Part shown: positions 18,201 to 28,541 of the stretch, piece by piece | How the letters are laid out: each line of letters starts with the position of its first letter | Position numbering within the stretch: position 1 is the first letter of the stretch | NCBI GenBank assembly: GCA_963766715.1 | Contig: CAVYBH010000012.1 | Span: forward strand, 288,001 to 352,000 | Direction of reading: 5' to 3' | DNA from: an uncultured delta proteobacterium | Lineage (GTDB): Bacteria; Myxococcota; Myxococcia; Myxococcales; Anaeromyxobacteraceae | DNA length: 64,000 bases | Translations under genes and position numbers: made by a program | Notes under the pieces: model-generated | Databases searched by the model: none | What the model was told of the DNA's origin: nothing | What the model saw: the letters and a program-made list of their open reading frames with translations, nothing else

Positions 18201-19248
18201 ATGTCACAATCCTCGCTCACCCCGATCTGCGCGGCGATCCTGGTGCTCTCAATCACCCCGATTCGCTCGTCGGCGCAGTCCCCCGAGCTGGCCATGCGGG
18301 AGTTCGCCTCGGGCCAGATCAAGAAAGGGGTCCGCTCCATCGGCTTCGGCGGCGACGGCGCCACCTGGGGCAACTACGCGCTCGTCTACCGGGACGCCGG
18401 CGGCGCGCTCGTCGACTACGGTCGAACGGGCTACACGGACGGGAACGTCTTCTCCTTCGTCGCGGTCGGCGTGACCACCCCCGACCTGTGGCAGGGGCTC
18501 GCCGTCTACGGCATCGGCCTCGCCGAGCACGCCACCGGCGTCGCGGTCACGCTCCACTCCCCGGGCCTGGGCGCGGGTGGGGTGCCCTGCCGGGGCGACG
18601 GCGCGGACCAGGCCCTCTTCTTCAAGCTGGCCATGCCGCTCGGCCACGGGTTCTCGGTCGGTGCGCTGCTCTCCTATGAGACGTCCCAGTTCGACGCCGT
18701 ACCCGCCGACGGCGCCCCCGGATACGTGCGGTACAAGACGAGCTGGCGCCCGTCCGGTGGGTTCGGCGTCACGTGGCAACCCTGGGACCAGCTCCTCGTG
18801 GGGGTTCGCGCGCTCTTCAACAACGACTGGGAGAGCCGGACCGACCCATCGGGAACGACGGAAGGCCTCGCCCGGTCGTACGAGTTCCGGGCCGGGGCCT
18901 CGTTCTCCCCGTGGAAGGGAGGGGATTGTCGACGCGGGCGTGACCGTTCTCGACCGCTGGAACGGCATCGCGGGCAGTCACACGGTCGAGGTCGGGCCCA
19001 ACGTGGGCATCGAGCAGGCCCTGTTCGACTCCCACCTGGTCGTCCGCGGCGGCCTGGACGAGCAGTCGCCCACCGGCGGGCTCTCCATCCGGTTCCAGCC
19101 CGTCGCGCTCGACTTCGCATACGTCCACGACATGGCCATCTCGCGCGTCGGCCCGCTGTTCGGGACCACGAACAACGCGGTCCTCTTCACCTTCACCTTC
19201 GACTACCAGCGCATGCTGCTCGCGTCCTCGGCGACGGCGGCACGCTGA
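18201..19248 (+). CDS. Putative outer-membrane beta-barrel protein; frameshift near 18920
   Basis: Signal peptide, amphipathic strands; continuation IVDAGVTV...LDFAYVHD...FTFTFDY in a second frame. Confidence 0.65.
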
Positions 19249-19261
19249 GCCGGTGGCATGA

Positions 19262-20431
19262 ATGCTCCCTCCTGACGTCAAGCGTGAGGTGGCGCCATGC
19301 GCCATGACGGAGTTCCTCCTCTACTTCGTCCGACTCGGGACCTTCGGCTTCGGGGGACCCATCGCGCTCGCCGGCCACATGCAGAAGGACCTGGTCGAGG
19401 ACCGACGGTGGATCTCGAAGCAGGACTACCTGGAAGGGCTCGCGCTCGCCCAGCTGATGCCCGGGCCGCTCGCCGCCCAGCTCGCCATGTACCTCGGCTG
19501 GGTGCGGGCCCGGGTGCTGGGCGCCACGCTCGTCTCGGCCGCGTTCATCCTTCCCTCCTTCGCGATGACCGTCGCGCTCGCGGTCGCGTACGTCCGCTAC
19601 GGCGGCCTTTCCTGGATGCAGGGGGCCTTCTACGGGATCGGGGCCGCAGTCATCGCCATCATCGCCCGGAGCGCGTGGAAGCTGACGAGGCTGACGCTGA
19701 AGACGGACTTCCTGCTCTGGGGAATCTTCCTCGCCACCGGTGTCATCACGGCCGTGACCGAGTCGGAGATCGTCTGGGTGTTCCTGGGCGGGGGGCTCCT
19801 GGCGATGCTCGTCCGGAACCCACCTCGCCTTGGGCGCGCGCCGCCGGCCACGCTCGCGCTCCTGCCGCCCTGGCTCGTCACCGGTCTCGCAGGGCCGGCG
19901 CCGGACGTGCTCTGGAGAATCCTCGCCTACTTCGTCGAGGCGGGAGCCTTCGTCTTCGGGAGCGGGCTCGCCATCGTGCCCTTCCTCCACGGGGGCGTCG
20001 TGAACCGGTTCCACTGGCTCACGGAGCGGCAGTTCGTGGACGCGGTGGCCGTCGCGATGATCACGCCGGGGCCGGTGGTCATCACCGTGGCCTTCATTGG
20101 GTATCTCGTGGCGGGGTTCGCGGGCTCGTTCATGGCCGGGCTCGGCGTGTTCCTCCCGACGTACCTCTTCGTGGTGATCCCGGCCCCGTTCTACCGGCGC
20201 ATCGCGAAGAGCACGCGCATCGCGACGTTCGTCGCCGGGGTCACCGCGGCGGCCACGGGCGCCATCGCGGGCGCCGCCGTCGTTCTCGGGCGCCGGGCCA
20301 TCGTGGACCTGCCGACCGCGGCCATCGCCCTGGTCACGCTCGCGCTCCTGACCTGGACGAGGAACGTGCCCGAGCCGCTCCTCATCCTGGCGGCTGGGCT
20401 CGCAGGAGTCCTTCTCCGAGGCGCCTGGTGA
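19262..20431 (+). CDS. chrA: Long-chain chromate efflux transporter ChrA
   Basis: GTFGFGG, AQLMPGP, FVFGSG, AMITPGP duplicated CHR motifs. Confidence 0.95.
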   Translation: MLPPDVKREVAPCAMTEFLLYFVRLGTFGFGGPIALAGHMQKDLVEDRRWISKQDYLEGLALAQLMPGPLAAQLAMYLGWVRARVLGATLVSAAFILPSFAMTVALAVAYVRYGGLSWMQGAFYGIGAAVIAIIARSAWKLTRLTLKTDFLLWGIFLATGVITAVTESEIVWVFLGGGLLAMLVRNPPRLGRAPPATLALLPPWLVTGLAGPAPDVLWRILAYFVEAGAFVFGSGLAIVPFLHGGVVNRFHWLTERQFVDAVAVAMITPGPVVITVAFIGYLVAGFAGSFMAGLGVFLPTYLFVVIPAPFYRRIAKSTRIATFVAGVTAAATGAIAGAAVVLGRRAIVDLPTAAIALVTLALLTWTRNVPEPLLILAAGLAGVLLRGAW

Positions 20432-20501
20432 CCAGCAGGATGGGAGGACCGCACATGCCCAACATCGTCGTGAATGCGTTCCTGACGCGCGTCGGGAAGC
20501 C

Positions 20502-20858
20502 ATGCTCACCGTGACCTGCCACTGCGGCGCCGTCCGCGTCGAGGTGCCGCGGAAGCCCCGCGTCCTCACGGCGTGCAACTGCTCGATCTGCGTCCGCTAC
20601 GGAGCGCTGTGGGCGTACTACCGGAGGGATGCAATCCGGGTGACGGCCGTCCGCGGGGCGACCGAGACCTACTCCTGGAGCCGCAAGAGCATCCGCTTCG
20701 TCCGCTGCCGGACCTGCGGCTTCGTCACGCACTACGAGCGGACCAGCGCGAAGGCCGAGCAGGGCGCCGTGAACGCCCGGGGCTTCCCGCTGGACGTCCT
20801 CGAGTCCATCCGGGTGCGCCGGCTGGACGGCGCGAGGACCCTGAAGTACCTCGACTGA
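20502..20858 (+). CDS. GFA/CENP-V family zinc-binding protein
   Basis: CHCGAV, CNCSIC, CRTCG, VNAR, LDG. Confidence 0.9.
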   Translation: MLTVTCHCGAVRVEVPRKPRVLTACNCSICVRYGALWAYYRRDAIRVTAVRGATETYSWSRKSIRFVRCRTCGFVTHYERTSAKAEQGAVNARGFPLDVLESIRVRRLDGARTLKYLD

Positions 20859-21065
20859 TCGCGGAGGGCCGGGGCGCGCGATGGGCTCGCCGGCAAGTGC
20901 CGGCATTGCCTCCGTCTTTTCCGGTCAGCGGCCTTTGGCCCCCAAGTGTCCACACTCGGATGCGGAGCGCTCGAGGCCGTCCGGGCGTTGGCACAATCGG
21001 ACGTCATCGAGTGTGAGGTGGAGAGGATTCATTTGCCCGGAACACGGGTCGGAAAGGGAACGAAG

Positions 21066-21341
21066 ATGAAGAATGCAATTCGACTGGCAGTGATGGCGGC
21101 GCTGGTGCTGGGCTCGACCGCGGCGAGGGCGGACCACGACCCGTACTCGGCCAATGCGCCTCACCCGGATGCGGCGCAGGCATCCTCCGAGACATCCGAG
21201 GCGAAGGACGCGGCGCCGGCCACCGCGATGGCCCCGCCGAAGGCGGGAGCAGGCGGCATGGAGCCGGGCGAGGCGATCGACGAGGACCCGGGTACCCCGG
21301 AGCACCAGCAGTGGGTCGAGTCGATCTGGACCGAGCCCTGA
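21066..21341 (+). CDS. Small secreted acidic hypothetical protein
   Basis: Signal peptide ending ARA; low-complexity linker; C-terminal EHQQWVESIWTEP. Confidence 0.65.
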   Translation: MKNAIRLAVMAALVLGSTAARADHDPYSANAPHPDAAQASSETSEAKDAAPATAMAPPKAGAGGMEPGEAIDEDPGTPEHQQWVESIWTEP

Positions 21342-21366
21342 GGTTCGGCTGAGCGAGGTCCGGGAC

Positions 21367-22003
21367 CTACCGCGGTCCTGACGCCGTGCCGCGCTTGCGC
21401 AGCGCCTTCAGCTCGGCTTCGAGCGCCGCGATCCGGGCATCGCGCCCGGCCAGCGCCGCCTTCACGTCGTCCGCCTCGAGGCGCTGCGGGATGTGCTGGG
21501 GACAGTTCGCGTCCCAGGCGACCACCTGGATGACGATGGCCCGCTCCGGCCGGGCTCGGTATCCGGCCGGCGCGAGGCGGGCCAGGAGCGCGGGGTCGTC
21601 CTCGACGACCTTCGCCTCGCCCCAGATCTTCACGCGACGGCGCTCGGCGTAGTCGATGAGGAAGAGGTGGACACGCGGGATTCTCGGACAGGTTTCCCAG
21701 GGTGACGTACTGCCGGTTGCCGGCGAAGTCGGCGAAGGCCAGCGTCCGGGCGTCGAGAATCTGGAGGAAGCCCGGCGGACCACCCCGGTGCTGCACGTAG
21801 GGCTGCCCTGCCGCGCTCGCGGTGGCGAGGAACAGGCTGCGCTGGGCGCCGATGAAGGCGGCGAGCTCGTCGGTGATCAGGGTCTCGAACCCGCCTTCGG
21901 CCTCCAGCCGCGCGTACGCGGCGCGGGAGCCCAGCCGGGCCTGGACCGCCTTGACCGGCGGGGTGAAGGCCACGTCGCTCGAGGGCGGGGTCCGGGGCGG
22001 CAT
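21367..22003 (-). CDS. Pyridoxamine 5'-phosphate oxidase-like FMN-binding protein; frameshift near 21680
   Basis: PYVQHRGGPPGFL, DFAGNRQYVTLGNL, RRVKIWG, WDANCPQHIP. Confidence 0.9.
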
Positions 22004-22010
22004 GGCATCG

Positions 22011-22367
22011 TCAGTCTCGCCTGCGCAGGCGGGAGATCGTCCGGTACACGGCATCGGCGACCGGGGAGGGCAGGGCGCCCAGCGCGACCCCGGCCAGGGA
22101 CCAGGGCAGTCCCAGTCCACGAAGGGCGGCCGCCACCGCACCCGAGCGAACCCGGACGACCTCACCCGTTGGGCTCCGCTCGACCACCACCAGCGTGTCG
22201 GGGCGGGTGGAGGCGCCCGGCGGGAAGGCGGCGGAACGGTAGGGCTCCCCCTCCGGGGAATCGATGGGCGCGAAGGCGAGAGCGCCTCGGCCGTCGTGCC
22301 GCGCCAGCCAGGCCACGGAGCCAGCGCAGAGGCCGCACCGCGCGTCGTAGAGAACCAGTCGGGACAC
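22011..22367 (-). CDS. DCC1-like thiol-disulfide oxidoreductase (DUF393)
   Basis: VLYDARCGLC motif; D.VYR.ISR.R C-terminus. Confidence 0.85.
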   Translation of the reverse strand: MSRLVLYDARCGLCAGSVAWLARHDGRGALAFAPIDSPEGEPYRSAAFPPGASTRPDTLVVVERSPTGEVVRVRSGAVAAALRGLGLPWSLAGVALGALPSPVADAVYRTISRLRRRD

Positions 22368-22446
22368 CGGACTCCGATAGGAGGACGTCCCGCACGGCGC
22401 AAGAGCGAATCCGCCGGTCGTTCCCGGGGCGCCGGGCCGCGCTCGC

Positions 22447-23239
22447 CTACTGCGCCGTGTATCCCCCGTCGATCGCCACCTCGCTCCCCGTCATGAAGCG
22501 CGAGGCGTCGGAGGCGAGGAAGACGATCAGGTCGGCAATCTCCTCGGGTCCGGCCAGACGCCCGAGGGGCGTGGTCGCGGCCAGCGCGCCATAGGCCTCC
22601 TCCACGCCGCCCGACTTCGCCACCAGGCCGGGCCACCAGTCGGCCCGCTCCCAGATCGGCGTGCGCACCCCGCCGGGGTGGACCGAGTTCACCCGGATGC
22701 CGTCCTTCGCGCACTCCAGGGCCACGGACTTCGTGAAGAGGCGGACGCCGCCCTTGGAGGCGCAGTAGGCGCTCGCCCCCGCGCTGCCCACCAGCCCCGA
22801 GGCCGAGGAGACGTGGACGATCGCGCCGCCGTTCCCGAGGCGGCGCATGGCGGCGACGGCGTGCTTCGTTCCCAGGAAGACGCCGTCGAGGTTGACGGCC
22901 AGGACGCGGCGCCAGTCCTCCAGGCGGGTCTCCGCCACCGGAGCAGCGAGCGCGATCCCGGCCGAGCAGACGAGGGAGTCGAGGCGGCCCCAGCGCGAGA
23001 CCACGTCGGCCACGGTGGCGGCCCAGGCGGCCTCGTCGGTCACGTCGAGTCGCCAGAAGGCGGCGACGCCGCCCGCGGAGGTGATCTCCCCGGCCACGTC
23101 CTCTCCAGCCGGATCGACGTCCGTCACCGCGACCCGGGCGCCCGATCGCGCGAGGGCCAGGCGACGAGGCACGCCCGATCCCGGAGGCGCCTCCGGACAC
23201 CAGCGCGACCTTGCCCGCGAGCGGGAGCGCGTCGCTCAT
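22447..23239 (-). CDS. Short-chain dehydrogenase/reductase; frameshift near 23170
   Basis: GGASGIG, YCASKGG, IRVNSVHPG, DGG. Confidence 0.92.
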
Positions 23240-23644
23240 GCGTGGCTCGCGGGGAGGGTCCCGGAATCCGGGTCGCTCACCAGCCACGCGAGCGCGCTCT
23301 CCCGGTCCGGGAAGATGCGGATGTCCCAGCCCCGGTTGCGGCAGGCGTCCTCGTAGAAGCGGGCGTCTCCCGGGTCTGGAAGGCCCGGAGTGAGGACGAG
23401 CGCCTCCCGGAGCGTGCGCGGCAGGCCGCGTGTCTCGAGCATCCGGATCATCTCGAAGAGGTCGCCGGGGGAGGGGCCCTTGGCCAGGGACGGTCAGGTC
23501 GGAGAGGAACCGGAAGCTCGCGCGGCTCTCGGCGAGATCGATGGCGAGCGCGACCGACCGCTCGAACTCGGCGGACCCGACCACTCCCGAGTACACCGAC
23601 TCGACGGTTCGCTCGGGCTCGAGGAAGTGGACGGTCGTCGGCAA
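23236..23644 (-). CDS. Hypothetical protein (SpoIIAA/STAS-like); frameshift near 23480
   Basis: TTG start after GAGGAG; FLSDL...FYEDACRNRGW.IRIF.DRESALAWL. Confidence 0.55.
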
Positions 23645-23811
23645 GCTCGGATCTCCTCGGATCGTGGGCTCCTGCTCGAATCTTCTCAGCCAATTCATCC
23701 AGATCCAGGAACGGGACCGCGACCCCCCAGAAGGGATTGGGTCCAGGCGTCCCCGGCGCGGGGGACGGGGCGCTTGTGTCGCCCCGTTTCCGCGTGTAGA
23801 ACGCCTCTCCC

Positions 23812-25447
23812 TTGATTCGCCTCGACGCCATCTCCATGCAGCACGGCCACCAGATCCTGTTCGTGGAGGCCTCCGCCGTGATGCATCGCGGCGAGAAGGT
23901 GGGGCTGGTGGGTCCGAACGGCGCCGGCAAGTCCACGCTCTTCCGCCTGATCACCCGGGAGGAGGAACCGGACGAAGGACAGGTCTCCATCGACCGGGGC
24001 GTCACGGTGGGCCACTTCTCGCAGGACGTCGGAGAGATGTCCGGCCGGAGCGCGGTGGCCGAGACCATGGACGGCGCCGGGCCGGTTTCGGCGGTGGCGG
24101 CCGAGCTCCACGCCCTCGAGCACGCGCTCGCCGATCCCGACCGCGCCGACGAGATGGAGGAGCTGGTCGAGAAGTTCGGCCACGTCCAGGCCCGCTTCGA
24201 CGAGCTGGGCGGCTATGGCCTGGAGGCGAGGGCCCGGGAGATCCTGGCGGGCCTGGGCTTCTCGCCGGAAGCGATGGACGGCGACGTCGGCAAGCTCTCC
24301 GGCGGATGGAAGATGCGGGTCGCGCTGGCCCGGATCCTGCTCATGGCGCCCGACGCGCTGCTCCTCGACGAGCCCTCCAACCACCTCGATCTCGAGTCCA
24401 TCATCTGGCTCGAGCAGTTCCTCCGGGGCTACCCCGGGGCGATCCTCATGACCTCCCACGACAAGGAGTTCATGAACCGGGTCGTCGAGAAGATCGTCGA
24501 GATCGACGCCGGCGAGCTCACCACCTACTCGGGCGACTACGACTTCTACGAGCGCGAGCGGGCCATCGCCGACCAGCACCAGCAGGCCGCCTTCGACAAG
24601 CAGCAGGCCATGCTGAAGAAGGAGCTGGCCTTCATCGAGCGGTTCAAGGCCCGGGCCTCCCACGCCGCCCAGGTCCAGTCGCGGGTGAAGAAGATCGACA
24701 AGATCGAGAAGGTGGAGCCTCCCAAGGTCCGCAAGATCGTCGACTTCGAGTTCCGGGGCGCGCCTCGCTCCGGCGAGGACGTCGCGAAGCTGGTCGGGGT
24801 CGAGAAGCGATTCGGCTCGCGGGCCGTCTACGACGGGCTCGACTTCCTGGTCCGCCGAGGCGAGCGCTGGTGCGTGCTCGGCGCCAACGGCTCCGGCAAG
24901 ACCACGCTCCTCAAGATGGTGGCCGGCGAGTCGACTCCCGACGGCGGCTCCGTGGCGGTGGGCGGCAGCGTGAAGATGGCCTACTTCGCCCAGCACGCCA
25001 TGGAGCTGCTCGATTCCGACGGAGACGGTCTGGGACACCCTCCAGCGGGCGTTTCCGCGCGCCTCCATCGGATCCCTCCGGACGCTGGCCGGGTGCTTCG
25101 GCTTCTCCGGCGACGACATCGAGAAGGCCTGCCGCGTGCTGTCGGGCGGGGAGAAGGCGCGGCTCGTGCTCGCGATGATGCTCTACGACCCGCCCAACTT
25201 CCTGGTCCTCGACGAGCCCACCAACCACCTGGACGTGGGCACGAAGGAGATGCTCGTCCGGGCGCTGGCCGGGTACGAGGGGACGATGCTCTTCGTCTCC
25301 CACGATCGCCGGTTCCTGTCGGCGCTCTCGAACCGGGTCCTGGAGCTGGGCCCCGACGGGCCCGTGGCGTACGGGGGCGGCTACTCCGAGTACGTGAGCC
25401 GCACCGGCCGCGAGGCGCCGGGGCTCCGGCCGCTGACCCGCCGCTGA
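23812..25447 (+). CDS. ABC-F family ATPase; frameshift near 25020
   Basis: Two ABC domains: [45 protein letters not shown]; no TM segments. Confidence 0.93.
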
Positions 25448-25530
25448 TCCGTCAGGGCGAGGCGCGCTTCTGCTCCGCCCGGCTCGAGGGCGCTGCACGG
25501 AGGCGCCCGTCCGGTTAGTGGCACGGCACC

Positions 25531-25845
25531 ATGAGAACGATTGCCCTGGCCGTCGCGTGCTTCATCCTGGGCGCCGCCGGCTGCACGAAGCCGACCGCGG
25601 CCCCCGCGCGGCCCCCCGAGCCGGGCCCGGACGCCGGGACGGTGGTCGTGGAGACCGAGCCCTACGGGATGGACATCGTCGCGGACGGCTTCGTCCGGTG
25701 CCGCACCCCGTGCAGCTTCCGCATCGACCCCGGGTTGCATCGCCTCTCGGTGCGCCGGAGCGGCTTCATGCCCTGGCAGGAGGACGTCCTCGTGGCCGCC
25801 CGGCAGGAGGTCAAGGTGTCGGCGTCGCTCGTCGGATCGCACTGA
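25531..25845 (+). CDS. PEGA-domain lipoprotein
   Basis: Lipobox AAGC; VETEPYG..I.ADG...TP...PGLHRLSVRRSGF.PW. Confidence 0.75.
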   Translation: MRTIALAVACFILGAAGCTKPTAAPARPPEPGPDAGTVVVETEPYGMDIVADGFVRCRTPCSFRIDPGLHRLSVRRSGFMPWQEDVLVAARQEVKVSASLVGSH

Positions 25846-25856
25846 AGAGGACGCCG

Positions 25857-26313
25857 TCAGGGATGGGTGAGGGCGCCCGTCCCGTAGTCGGCCACGCCGC
25901 AGGGCGTCCCCTGGTAGGCCACGTCCAGGATGGGGGCCGCCGCACCGGGGTTCCGGACCGTGCCGGTGAGGTTCACCGAGCGGGCGCGGTTGCCCGGGCC
26001 CCCGCAGGGCGCGACGGCCACGCCGAGGGTGACCCGATCGCCGGAGACGCCGCCGGCGACGGTCCCGGAGAAGGCGCTGTCCGAGGAGAGCGTGCCGGTG
26101 ACGTGGGCGCCGTCCTGCATGCAGGCGCAGCGTGAGCGCGTACGTCCCGAAGACGGGCTCGAATCCCGGCGGCCCCGCCGTGGACGTGACGGGCCCGGTC
26201 CAGGTGCCCGAGACGTCGACCGAGGGTGGAGGCGCGTCGGTCCCGCAGGCGGTGGCCGCCGCGAGGGCCAGCCCGGCGATCCGGCGGAGGGCGAGGGACG
26301 GGGCGAGATTCAT
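25857..26313 (-). CDS. Hypothetical lipoprotein; frameshift near 26120
   Basis: Lipobox ATACG, DVSGTWTG, continuation QDGAHVTGTL. Confidence 0.65.
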
Positions 26314-26345
26314 CCCGGAGTGGATAACGCGCCCTCGCATCCCCG

Positions 26346-28284
26346 TCACTCCTTCGAGGCGAGCTTCCGATAGAGGGTGGAGCGGCCGATGCCCAGCCGG
26401 CGGGCCGCCTCGCTCTGGTTGCCCCTGCACTCGGCGAGTACCCGGAGCACGTGCTCCCGTTCCCGGGCCTCCCGCGCCGTGCGGAGGTCGCGGCTGGGGG
26501 AGGCGGGCGTCTCGCGGGCCGGAGCCGACTCGAAGAGCTCGGGCATGATCGCGGCCAGCTCGTCCTCGCCGACCGCCGCCGAGGTGTCGTCGGCGAAGAG
26601 CAGGGCGACCCGCTCGAGCACGTTCTCGAGCTCCCGGACGTTGCCGGGCCAGGCGTAGGCCTCGAGGCGCGGCAGGATGGCGGCGAGGGCCAGCGCGAGC
26701 ATGCCCGGGGCCCCGTGCCGGACGAGGGCCCGCTTCAGGATCTCGGCGGCGATGGCGGCGACGTCTCCAGGGCGATCCCGGAGCGGCGGGATGTGGAGCG
26801 GGAGGATGTGGAGCCGGTAGTAGAGGTCCTCCCGGAACTCGCCCGTCTCCCGGGCGCGCCGCAGGTCGCGATGGGTGGCGGCGATCACGCGGACGTCGAC
26901 GGGGGTCGGATCGTTGCTGCCCAGCCGGAGGACCTGCTTCTCCTGGAGGACGCGGAGCAGCCGGGTCTGCAGGGTCACGGGCACGTCCCCGACCTCGTCG
27001 AGGAAGATGGTTCCCAGGTGGGCGGCCTCGAAGAGGCCCGGGCGGCCGCCGCGCCGGGAGCCGGTGAACGCGCCCTCCTCGTAGCCGAAGAGCTCGCTCT
27101 CGAGCAGCGTCTCCGGGAACGCCGCGCAGTTGATGGCCACGAAGGGCTGGTCGCGCCGCCTGCTCGCCCCGTGGATGCCCTGGGCGACCATCTCCTTGCC
27201 GGTCCCGCTCTCGCCGGTGATGAGCACGGTGGCGTCGGTCCGGGCGTAGCGCTCGGCGAGCGTCCGGACCGCGCGGATCGGCGGCGAGGCGCCGACAATC
27301 GCCCCCAGCGCGTAGCGGGGCTCGAACCGCCGGGGCCGGTGCTGGGAGCGCAGCCTCCGCTCCATTCGCTGGATCGCCGCCGAATCCTGGCACGTCACGG
27401 TCGCGCCGCGGATCACGCCGTGCTCGAGGAGCGGGACCCGGCTCACCACCACCGTGTGGTGGCCCAGCCGCTCGACGCCGTCGTGATCCGCCGTGCCCGA
27501 CTGGAGCACGCGGTCGACGGCCAGGCCCGGGAAGCACCTCGGAGAGCGGCCGGCCGATCAGGTCCTGCGCGGTCAGTCCGGCCATCCGGAGGAGGGCGGC
27601 GTTGGCCGTCCGGACGCGTCCGTCCGCGTCGACGGACGCCACGCCGGGCTCGAGCGCCTCGACGGTCCGGCGGACCTCCTCGCGCCGCGCCGCCTCGCCC
27701 CGGGCGATCCGCGCGATCTCGGCGGCCTGATGCACGGCGGCGGCGACGGAGTCCTGCCCGTAGAGCAGGACCGAGCGCAGCCCGGCCCGCTCGGCGAGAT
27801 CGCAGACCGGTCCGGTCCCGACGATCACCTCCACGCCCTGCGCGGCCAGGTCGGCGACCTGGGCCCGGGCGTCCTCGGGCGTCAGGTACGGGCGCTGCTC
27901 GATCACCGTGTCGCCGAGCAGGTGGCGGGCCTGGTCGAGGCCGGCCACCACGCGCTGGAAGTTCACCACGCCGATGCGGGGAGAGAGCTTCCGCGCGAGC
28001 ACGAGGGCCTGGAGCGCGTCCACCGTCGAGGCCATCACCACCACGACCGGCACCTCGGCGTGGTCGCGAAGGTAGGTGCCGTTCGCGCCCGCGGCGACGA
28101 AGGCGTCCGCCGTCTCGCCCTGGAGCGCCATCTCCCGCGCGGTGTGCAGGGCGTCCTCGAAGCCCCGGTCGAAGACCCGGAGGTCGGCCACGTCCGCCAG
28201 GAAGGGCGCCATGCTCGTGAAGACGTGGCGCAGGCGGCTGGTGCTGAAGGCCCAGATGACAGGGCGGCTGGACGGGAAGGGCAC
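26346..28284 (-). CDS. prpR: PrpR-family sigma-54-dependent activator; frameshift near 27520
   Basis: PrpR_N-like AAGANGTYLR, PAS-like region, GESGTGKE, GAFTGSRRGG, FLDEVG, WPGNVRELEN, Fis HTH. Confidence 0.88.
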
Positions 28285-28438
28285 GTGCTCTCCGAGGCAG
28301 CGGTGTATCGAAGCTGGGGCGGCATCGTCTCATCGTTGGTGCAGTCGGGACAGTGCTTGATTTCGCGCAACTCGTTAGAAGTCGATTAACGACATGGAAT
28401 CATTATCGAAAAACATCGTCGACGCAAAGCGTCGAAGG

Positions 28439-28454
28439 TGGTCCGGCCGTTGCA
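28439..28454 (+). promoter_or_regulatory. Sigma-54 (-24/-12) promoter for the beta-oxidation operon
   Basis: TGGTCCGGCCGTTGCA = GG-N10-GC with TTGCA, next to a divergent enhancer-binding protein gene. Confidence 0.75.
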
Positions 28455-28541
28455 CTTCGGAAGCGATTCCAGAATCAACGGGCGCGCTGCCTGGAGGCTA
28501 CATGACCACGAGTGGAATCGTCGGGAGCGAAGGCGCGGAAG

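Noticed and set aside
20988..21005. TTGGCAC as a sigma-54 promoter (also TGGCAC near 25518)
   Set aside because: No GC at the required -12 spacing.
28405..28470. GACGCAAAGC resembling part of a c-di-GMP-I riboswitch
   Set aside because: The upstream GGCAAA/GAAA stem is missing, and the sequence lies upstream of the sigma-54 promoter, so it would not be in that transcript.
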